A program made the position numbers and the translations under genes. From Antedon mediterranea (lineage: Eukaryota > Animalia > Echinodermata): a stretch of 64,000 nt of DNA. The first letter of the stretch is position 1. Each line of letters begins with the position of its first letter. Under the pieces are notes generated by a model. That model saw nothing but the letters and a program-made list of their open reading frames with translations, did no database searches and was not told the origin of the DNA. Below, piece after piece: positions 53,221 to 64,000 of the stretch. The stretch is taken from the NCBI RefSeq assembly GCF_964355755.1, contig NC_092678.1, positions 17,501,365 through 17,565,364 on the forward strand. The letters are read 5' to 3'.

Positions 53221-56200
53221 TGTACCATGTCTAAAATATGTTTCAATGACCATGATTAGGCCTACTCCATGTTTTCCTACTTCGTTTGATACCTATATGC
53301 GAGTTCTGCAACCAGAATGATATTCCAGTTTAGGCTACTGGCAGCCATGTTGGATTTTGGCCACCATCTTAACAATGAATGACCTATGTCATGCAACATG
53401 TCTCAAATATGTTTCAATGACCATGAATACTTATGTTTTGATAGTTCATTTGCCTATATGTGACTTCTGCAACAAATGAAATCTGATTTTCCAATTCATT
53501 GGCGGCCATTTTGGATTTTGGCCGCCATCTTGAAAAATAAATTACGACCAGAGTGGCTCCTAGGCAAAAATCAATTGGTAGGTCCCAACAAAGCTCCATG
53601 CCAAATTTGGTGCATTTGTCCACCGTGTAACGATTTCCTCATTTTTTGTTGTTAAGCCACCTGACTACGCGTGCAAAATAAGCTTATAACATTATTGTAG
53701 ATTATACGTGAATCGAAACAATTATGTCGAGTGTGCCTATTCCTTCTTGTTTTACTGTGGACAACGGCATAGAGAAACATTTAACGCCATGCGTCTGAAT
53801 TGTCTGTGATTTTAAACGATTGTCAATGCTATCTCGACATATGACAATTATTTCAATTTGATAATACGACAGAATCTCAAATGATCACATGTGGTTCTTG
53901 TATCATTGGTTAAGAATAAACATTTATAATAATTATATAATTTCTCATTTAATAAAACATACCAGTTATACAACAAACTACGTACAGGAGCTCGAGCTTG
54001 TGTTAAATTAGTACATATTTTTTATCATTTATATTATGAATACATTAATCATAATGTTTAATGATGCTGTATTATCGAATTTGAATGTTACTGGAGAAAT
54101 CGAGATAGAATACCGATAATCAGGTGTGTTAGACCAGAATACGTTACTCCTGCTTAAAATGGAGGTCTTTGCTTTCACCACGTTCTGAAATGTGCCTGTA
54201 AGATTATGTTAGGCAAAAACAATACCGTGTATACCTAATAGCGGCCTGGTGAGACCTATGTATTGCCTTCGCTAAATCCTTTCTTAAACTTGTTCCCACT
54301 TATACCTTTTAGAGGAATGTTATCCATAGATATAACCCTAATATACTGCTGATTGGATTCCTCATTTCATAATTGTAACACAATGTGTCATAAGAACTGT
54401 TCGTTATACCTTGGTAGTATGTGGTGCAATTAATTAAAGAATTATATGATTTGGAAATATTTTAAACAAAGTGCAGCACAGTGTGACGTATTGTCTGCTA
54501 CAATATCTAATGATTACACATTTTTAATAATTATGTAATTTCTCATTTAATAAAACACACCAGTTATAATAACAAATTACCGTATTAAACGTACAAATCA
54601 AAGTATAAAAACAATAAGTATATACAGTACCAACGGAAATTACGATAAAAACGTATCTATTTTATTAATTTCGAAATACAAAGAAAAAATAACAAAATGT
54701 CTATATTGTGCCAACAGAGGCCAAAAAGGCTTATGCCCAACTAGGCGTGTCACTCTGACAGTGAAACAATTACAAGGTATAATTGATATAATACTAATTT
54801 AATGTTACTTTATCTCGTATTATCATTTCATGTTTTAGCTGTTTTTCACCTGTCCTTGCATGATTATAACAATGTTTTATCTAGATTGACTGTAATCATG
54901 CTGTACTTTCCATATCATATGATTTCTCGTATTATCATTATTTGTATGTTTTAGCTGTTTTTCATATGATTTCTAGATGTATTTTTATATCTACGATACA
55001 ATACAACCGTTAAATGACGATGATCCATGTATTCTGCTATATTTTTATTTTTCATTATGGCCGCCGATGGTGCTACAGTAACTGAATTAAAGAGACAAAA
55101 CAATGCCAAAATAGAAAAACTCAAAAAGAGCAAAAAAAAAGATATTACATTTGAACGTATTACACATGAAACAGACATATTTCATAGAAGTATTAATTCC
55201 TAAAACAAAATAATTGTTTTTATGTTTAACTCTATGCCTCATAGAGTTAAACTGACGTTTTCATGAGAGGAAGATAATTATATACTATTTGTTCCACGTG
55301 CTCAATAAGCTTATAAAACTATTGCAGATTATACGTGAATCGGACCGGTGACGAGTCGGTGACAAACCGAACGGATCATCCAGGAGTTCTGAAACGTCTG
55401 GCCAAGTGCGCTCTCTTTGCGCAGTATTATACGGAGGCGTGTCTATTTTTGTTTTCGTATCTAATTTTGGCTTTAAAAACATGTCAGCCCAAAACATTCG
55501 CTACCCCTGGATCCGCCCCGTCGGAATATTGTCGATATAAAATGATGGAGGTTCAGACGTTCTGAGGTACATTTAAATTGTATTATTTGTATTCCCTCTT
55601 TAAACTTCATCTTAATTTCAATATAATAATATCAATTAAGTAATATTGTTTACTTAGAAGTGTGCCAGTTATTCAGCACTGAAGAAAACAAAATCAGAAA
55701 AATGTAAACACATGTTACCAGGTTTTTTAAAACATTAATAAAGCTAAGTGTGTTAATTAATGACATGTAAAGCACATTTTAGCATGAGGAAGTGAAAATA
55801 TGGAGGGAAAGAAAACATAAAGTGTAGACACAGATATCACCTCACAAGCAATCTATTGCTGACCCAGTGTGAAGCCAGAAATCAAGAGTTGTTCCTGCTC
55901 CCCAATTATTGTGGTCCCTTTATTTATAAAACTTGAAAAGCAGAAAAAAGAGGAGGAGGTGTATGTTTGTTTGTTGGCAGATGCCTATAACGCTGGTTCA
56001 AATTTTAAGTTAAGTTTATCTTACTGACGGATAACGCAAATAATGTACCTACCACAACATTAGGTAACCGATACGTCACCATTATGACACGTGTGAATAA
56101 AGAACAAGTGCTATTCCGCTGTACGGAAGGATAGCTACCCGATGCCTCTCATAATAATATTATTTTTCATTCAATAACATATACTAATAATGATAATAAT

Positions 56201-58416
56201 AATTTACTTTAAAACAAACGAAAGGTTGTAGTCAAGAGGCAGGAAACTGCAGGTGTTGTTTATTGCCTTTAGACATAAACAGGTACCACCGTACGAGAAT
56301 CGGGTGTCCAACGGACGAGTACCATGTGTGTATATCGGGAACAAAGCTATTATAAAGTGTACAGATTTTACAGACTATGTCTACGACACATAATCTGTTG
56401 TATGACAAGAATTAATGAATGAGTCCGATAATTGTACAGAGCATCAAACAACTACATGTGGATTATTAAACATTTTGACAAACATGGCGTTTCATACGTA
56501 TGGTACGTGTACACACTGTATAGAAAACATCGAAACGCGACAACAGAAAAAAGACAATAACAGAGACTTGGGACAAGTCTATACAGTATTAACATACAGT
56601 ATTGAAAGTGATGAAGCAAAAGCAGAAAATGCACCTTGATCTATGGTAGTTATAGCGTTATGATATAAATACCTGCAAATATTGAAAAAAAAGACACACA
56701 TTTCAAATTATTAATAATAATACTGTATAACAATACAATAAATAGATAACCACTACATTTGTCTGCTATATTTCACAGTACAGTTATTTGTATTCAGCAT
56801 TTCAGTGGACGATTTAGACTTCGTCTGGCATTTGAAACAATGTGAAATGAAAGGCAGGCTAATGTTTGCCACGAGGAGGTGCAAATCTGAGGGAGCGGAA
56901 AATATAAAGTGTACAATTCCAAACAGATATCACCTCAACTTTATTTATAAAACTTGAAAATCAGAAAAAAAAGGGGAGAAGGTAGTGTATTATTTGTGGT
57001 TGTTGCCAGATGCCTAAACTCTAGAAAATGAAAAATTAAGTTTATCTTACGGACGGATAACGCTAATAATAACAATTATTAATTCATAGTTATGCTTTAT
57101 AGCTTTTTGAGGTTTTTTTTCGTGCACTTAGAAGAACTTATTTAAAGTGCATTTTAAGTATTGTTTTTCTTCTAGATTATTTCAGTCATCACAATAGTTA
57201 ATGTTTGTTTTATTTGGAGGTTCAGACTTAAACACAAAATACAAAAATGTATAAAGTGCACTATGCTGTGTGAAATAAAACTGAAACTGAATGTACGTAC
57301 CACCACATTAGCTAACCGATGCGCCCTCATTATGACGTTTTTTATAAGAGAAAGATACAAACCATGTGTTGCGCGTGCGAATAAAGAACAAGTGCAGCTA
57401 TTCCACCGTACGGAGGGAAAGATAACCAATGCCTCTCATAATAACATTATTTTTCATTTAATAATATTTACTAATAATGATAATAACAACTAGATTTGAA
57501 CTATGGACGAGTTAGGTTATCCGCAGCGCAAATGCCACGTGTACGTCAAACTTTAGAATATTGCGCACATAAAAACGATTATGCCATTGAAAAAATGTTA
57601 GTGTGCTCTCTATTTTGTGTCACGTCTAAGTATATAGAGTATACACTATATATCTGTATACGTACTACATACAGTGCAGAATAGGTGAAAATACCAGGAC
57701 CCGGTTTTTTCAACCAATTTTTACCATGATGATGTCATCAAAATGAAACACGTAGATAGCAATTTTGGAAGGAAATTATCTGAGCAACAACATGTCGTGT
57801 TGAATAAATTTGGAAACGTAGAATACGGAAGCGCGCTCTTTTAAATGTCATGAACTATGACGCAAAATATGAAATTACAACTTTTATAATTGAACTGGCC
57901 ATATGATGACGTCACAACATCCGATTCGCATAATTTGTACATGATTTCTAGCTTCCAGAAAACGTTTTAATCATGTGTATCACTTTTTATTCTGAGGAGT
58001 TATAATAAATTTAAATTTATTGGAAATGATGAAAACAAGTGATCAAATTTATTCACGCTTTTGAACATGATGAAGTCATCACAATTTTAAACATTTTAAA
58101 TCATGCGAAAGATAATTGATTGACCTAGACAATATAAAAAAAATGGTGGGAAAAAAAACGAGCGCAAATTGTCCAATTCGACGTGCTCGTATGACTTGAT
58201 TTTAAGTCGAAATTGTTTGAAAGCTGGTAAAATTACTAGAAACGGCTGGAAAAACATAAATCACGCGAAAAAAAATAACATTTACTAATAATGATAATAA
58301 TAATTATACGAATAGGGCAAAGGGTAAAAAATAAAATAATATGACAATAAGTGTGGTTATATTACAACGAAAATATACTATTTTCAAAAGTATGATAAAC
58401 AAGAGAAAGCACTCAC

Positions 58417-58488
58417 AGTGTTGTCAATGATTTCAAACCATCAAAGACGTTTTCTGGTAATGTAGTTATTTGGTTAAAGGCCACAATC
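58417..58488 (-). CDS. 72-bp phase 2-2 LRR exon
   Basis: TTTTTCAG | ... | GTGAGT, translating as IVAFNQITTLPENVFDGLKSLTT(L). Confidence 0.8.
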
Positions 58489-61400
58489 CTGAAAAACGTG
58501 AAAAAATTATATAATTAAGTATATATACAGTACCAAAGGATAGTACGATAAAAACAAATTATTATTTAAATTTCGAAATACAAACAAAATATAACAACAA
58601 ATATCTTATTGTGGCAACAGAGGCCATAAACGGCTTATATCTAATAAGGCGTGGCACTCCAGCAGTGAAATAATTACAAGGTATATACAAGGACATAATA
58701 ATACTTGTTTAGTGTTACTTTAGCTCGTATTATCATTATTTGCATGTTTTAGCTGTTTTTCATTAACTTCTTCTACATGATATATAAATATGTTTTATCT
58801 ATATTTTACTGTAATCATGTTGTACTATGCATATGATGACATAGATCAATATCTACGATACAATACAACCGTTAAATGACGATGATCCATGTGTTCTGCT
58901 ATATTTTTCGTTATGGCCGCCGATGGTGCTACAGTAACTGAATTAAATAGTCTTGAGTTCGCATAAACAATGCCAAAATAGAAAAACTCAAAAAGAGCAA
59001 AAAGAAAGATATTACATTTGAACGTATTACGCATGAAACAGACATATTTCATTGAAGTATTAATTCCTAAAATAAAATAATTGTTTTTATGAGGAAAAGA
59101 GTTAAACTGACGTTTTCATGAGAGGAAGATAATTATAATATTTGTTCCTCATGCAAAATAAGCTTATTACAACACTATTACACTAAAGCACAAAGTTACA
59201 CTTAACTGTGCTTTAAAATAAACATAATTAAAAGCATTACACAGTATAGGCCTAATAGTTCACCGAATAAAAATTTCTGATTTGTCCAAATATCTTTAAA
59301 AAAAATCTGACAAATATAAACATGAAGAAATAAAAAACAATGTCGTTAATATACATCAGACTTAAGAATAATGACATCAATTTTCGATAATCATAAGGAC
59401 GAGTTCTCGAATGATTCTCTCATTTGTGCCGATGGAATTGATATTTCCTAAGTTTACCTAACTACGGAGGAATAGATGCCTCAAATAATAACGTTTTCAT
59501 GAGAGGAAGATATATAGCATTTGTTCCCCGTCAACACTATTTCAAATCCCATGAATCGAAACAATATGTCGAGTGTGCCTATTCCTTCTTGTTCTTATTC
59601 CTCTTGAGAGGAAGATATATAACATTTGTTCCGCGTGCAAAATAAGCTTATAACACTATTGTAGATTATACGTGAATCGAAACAATTATGTCGAGTGTGC
59701 CGATTCCTTCTTGTTTTACTGTGGACAACCGCATAGAGAAACTTTAACATTAACGCCATGCGTCTGGATTGTCTGTGATTTTAAACGATTGTCAATGCTA
59801 TCTCGACATATGACAATTATTTCAATTTGGTAATACAGAATCTCAAATGTATCACATGTGGTTCTTGTATCATTAGGTTAAGAATAAACATTTATAATAA
59901 TTATATAATTTATCATTTAATAAAACATACCAGTTATACAACAAACTACGTACATGAGCTCGAGCTTGTGTTAAATTAGTACATATTTTTTATCATTTAT
60001 ATTAAGAATACATTAATCATAATGTTTAATGATGCTGTATTATCGAATTTTAATGTTACTGGAGAAATCGAGATAGAATACCGATAATCAGGTGTGTTAG
60101 ACCAGAATACGTTACTCCTGCTTAAAATGGAGGTCTTTGCTTTCACCACGTTCTGAAATGTGCCTGTAAGATTATGTTAGGCAAAAACAATACCGTGTAT
60201 ACCTAATAGCGGCCTGGTGAGACCTATGTATTGCCTTCGCTAAATCCTTTCTTAAACTTGTTCCCACTTATACCTTTTAGAGGAATGTTATCCATAGATA
60301 TAACCCTAATATACTGCTGATTGGATTCCTCATTTCATAATTGTAACACAATGTGTCATAAGAACTGTTCGTTATACCTTGGTAGTATGTGGTGAAATTA
60401 ATTAAAGAATTATATGATTTGTAAATATTTTAAACAAAGTGCAGCACAGTGTGACGTATTGTCTGCTACAATATCTAATGATTACACATTTTTAATAATT
60501 GTGTAATTTCTCATTTAATAAAACATACCAGGTTTAATAACAAATTACCGTATTAAACGTACAAATCAAAGTATAAAAACAATAAGTATATACAGAACCA
60601 ACGGAAATTACGATACAAACGTATCTATTTTATTAATTTCGAAATACAAAGAAAAAATAACAACAAAATATCTATATTGTGCCGGCCAACAGAGGCCAAA
60701 AAAGGCTTATGTCCAATTAGGCGTGTCACTCTGACAGTGAAACAATTACAAGGTATAATTGATATAATACTAATTTAATGTTACTTTATCTCGTAGTATC
60801 ATTATTTGCATGTTTTAGCTGTTTTTCATTAACTGTCTTTGCATGATTATAACAATGTTTTATCTAGATTGACTGTAATCATGTTGTACTTTCCATATCA
60901 TGATTTCTAGATGTAGATCAATATCTACGATACAATACAACCGTTAAATGACGATGATCCATGTATTCTGCTATATTTTTATTTTTCATTATGGCCGCCG
61001 ATGGTGCTACAGTAACTGAATTAAAGAGTCTTGTTCGCAAACAATACCAAAATAGAAAAAATTAAAAAGAGTAAAAGAAAGATATTACGTTTGGACGTAT
61101 CACACATGAAACAGACATATTCCGTAGAAGTAGTAATTCCTAAAATAAAATAATTGTTTTTATGAGGCATAGAGTTAAACTGACGTTTTCATGAGAAGAA
61201 AATATATAATATTTGTTCTACGTGCACAATAAGCTTATTACAACAATATTGCAGATTATACGTACGGTGAATCGGTGACGAGTCGGAGACGAACCGAACG
61301 GATCATCCAGGATTTCTGAAAAATCTGGCCTAGTGCGCACACTTTGCGCAGCATTGTACGAAGGCGTGTCTATATTTGTTTTCGTATCTAATTTTGGCTT

Positions 61401-62411
61401 TCAAAAATGGTAGCGCAAAGCAATCGCTAATCCCGGATCCACCCGCCGGAATATTTTGACATAAAATGATGGAGGTTCAGACGTTCTGTGGTACATTTAA
61501 TTTGTATTATTTGTATGTTCCTTCTTTAAACTTCATCGTAATTTCAAATATAATAATATCAATAAAGTAGTATTGTTTACTTAGAAGTGTGTAAGTTATC
61601 CAGCACTGAAGAAAACAAACTCAATTCAAACTTAATTATTAAAGCTAAGTGTGTTAATTAATGAGATGTAAAGCTGATGAGCTGATTTTAGCATGAGGAA
61701 GTGAAAATATGGAGGGAGGGGAAAATATAAAATGTAGAGACACAGACATCATCTAACAAGCAAGCTATTACTGACCCAATGTGAAGGCAGATATCAAGAA
61801 TTGTTTGACGGGATGTTCCTGCTCCCAAATTATTGTGGTCCCTTTATTTATAAATTTGAAAAGCAGAACAAAGAGGAGAAGGTGTATTTTTGTTTGTTGC
61901 CAGATGCCTATAACTCTAGTTCAAATTTTAAGTTAAGTTTATCTTACGGACGGATAACGCTAATAATGTACGTACCACCATATTAGGTAACCGATACGCC
62001 TCAATTATGACGTTAGTAGAGGAAGATACAAACCATTTGTTGGGCGTGCGAATAAAGAACAAGTGATATTCCACCGTACTGAAGGAAAGATGACCAATGC
62101 CTCTCATAATAACATTATTTTTCTTTTAATAGCATTTACTATTAATGATAATAATAATTTACTTTAAAACAAACGAATAACAAGTAGGCCTATAATTACA
62201 CACAATACAACTACATACAGGAGCTTTGCGTTAAAATAAAGGTTTAGGGATCAATCATAATCAAACAAAAACCGGCATGTTATATTATTTTATTTTTAGA
62301 TAAATATTCTATCTTTTCAAAGAGTAAAACATGATGTGACAATAAGTGTGGTTATATTACAACGAAAATATACTATTTTCAAAAGTATGATAAACAAGAG
62401 AAAGCACTCAC

Positions 62412-62483
62412 AGTTCTGCCAATGATGTCAAGCCATGAAACACATTTGCTGGTAATGTTGTTATTTGGTTACTGTACAAATAC
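62412..62483 (-). CDS. 72-bp phase 2-2 LRR exon
   Basis: GTTTTCAG | ... | GTGAGT, translating as YLYSNQITTLPANVFHGLTSLAE(L). Confidence 0.85.
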
Positions 62484-64000
62484 CTGAAAACCGTGAAAAA
62501 ATGGAATCAATAATTATATATACAGTACCAAAGGATAGTACGATAACAAAATATCTATTGTATTAATTTTTAAATACAAACAAAAAATAACAACATATAT
62601 CAGCTATATTGTGCCAACTGAGGCCAAATAGGTTTCTGTCCGGTGAGGCGTGTCTATTTTTGTTTTCGTATCTAATTTTGGCTTTAAAAACATGTCAGCC
62701 CAAAACAATCGCTACCCCTGGATCCGCTTCCGTCGGAATATTTTTGATATACAATGATAGAGGTTCAGACGTTCTGTGGTACATTTAAATTGTATTATTT
62801 GTATGTTCCCTTTAAATGTCATCTTAATTTCAAATATAACAAATCAATAAAGTATTATTGTTTACTTAGAAGTGTGCCATTAAATGACGTTGATCCATCA
62901 TGTAATATCCTATATTTTTATTATTTTTCATTATGGCCGCCGGTGGTGCTACATTAACTGAATTAAAGAGTCTTGTTCGCAAACATTACCAAAATAGAGA
63001 AACTCAAAAAGAGCAAAGAGAAAGATATTACATTTGAACGTATACACATGAAATATTCTGTAGAAGTATTAATTCCTAAAACAAAATCATTTTTTTTATG
63101 AGGCATAGAGTTAAACTGAGAAGAAACTATATAATATTTGTTCCACGTGCACAATAAGCTTATTACAACACTATTGCAGATTTTGTGAATCAGTGCCGAG
63201 TCGGTGACAAACCAAACGGATCATCCAGGATTTCTGGAAAAATCTGGCCAATTGCGCATCCTTTGCGCAGCATTGTACGGAGGCCTGTCTATTTTTGTTT
63301 TCGTATCTAATTTTGGCTTTAAAAACATGTCAGCCCAAAGCAATCGCTACCCCTGGATCCGCCCCGTCGGAATATTGTTGATATAAAATGATAGAGGTTC
63401 AGACGTTCTGTGGTACATTTAAATTGTATTATTTGTATGTTCCCTCTTTAAACTTCATCTTAATTTCAAATAGAATAACATCAATAAATTAATATTGTTT
63501 ACTTAGAAGTATGCCAGTTATTCAGCACTAAAGAAAACAAAATCAGAAAAAAATTAAACACATGCGACAACGTTTTTTTAACATTATTAACGCTAAATGT
63601 GTTAATTAATGAGATTAATTAGTTAATTAATGCTGATTTTAGCATGAGGAAGTGAAAATATGGAGGGAGGGGAAAATATAAAATGTAGAGACACAGATAT
63701 CAGCTAACAAGCAAGCTATTACTGACCCAATGTGAAGGCAGAAATCAAGAGTTGTTTGACGGGATGTTCCTGCTCCCAAATTATTGTGGCAAAAATAGAA
63801 AAACTAATAGAAAAGCAAAAAGGAAGATAGTACGCCTGAACGTAGTATACATGGAACAGACAGATACCGTACAAGTGTTCATTTATAAAGGGTCAAACTG
63901 TGCCTGGAAATAAACATAATTACTGAACCATGGCCGGTTGAATGACAACATTATTTCCACCATATACAATTTTTATACGGAACTAACGAATTTGACAAAA

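Larger units (their letters stand above)
50271..53667. mobile_element. Academ-like non-autonomous DNA transposon
   Basis: TIRs TAGTCAGGTGGCTTA / TAAGCCACCTGACTA with about 200 bp of inverted similarity and a 3-bp TSD CGC (50268-50270, 53668-53670). The empty site TTGTTCCGCGTGCAAAATAAGC is present at about 49631 and 59626. Confidence 0.88.
32760..63790. repeat. Mosaic tandem array of duplicated intron-plus-LRR-exon units
   Basis: Modules recur many times in the same orientation. About 39200-42390 matches 54040-57260 (offset about 14857; compare ORFs 40428/55285 and 41557/56415). About 32830-34750 matches 56240-58140, and about 44090-46230 matches 59410-61620. Confidence 0.9.

Overview
AT-rich, repeat-dense animal genomic DNA with spliceosomal introns and no prokaryotic features; the repeat repertoire suggests a marine invertebrate (inference). 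Two systems stand out. (1) 12536-26235 is a 13.7-kb element with Maverick/Polinton ends (AGTAGT...ACTACT, 6-bp TSD AGAGAG). It is almost one giant palindrome and lacks all Polinton core genes. Each arm carries a SIM/Cys-His ORF and an intron-containing PC4-PC4-ALKBH2 fusion with one frameshift shared by both arms, and the fold-back axis sits on a C(GAA)G mini-hairpin. (2) The apparent junk array at about 32.8-63.8 kb hides five intact 72-bp, phase 2-2 LRR exons on the minus strand. The ORF track misses them, and their differences concentrate in the concave-face residues. Decayed LRR, hinge and TM pieces of a GRL101/RXFP-type LRR-GPCR lie nearby. The rest is nested non-autonomous transposons (Academ-like, Helitron, Helentron/HINE, MULE and PIF MITEs, L2 and Penelope fragments) and tandem repeats. 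All calls come from manual reading; no database searches were run.
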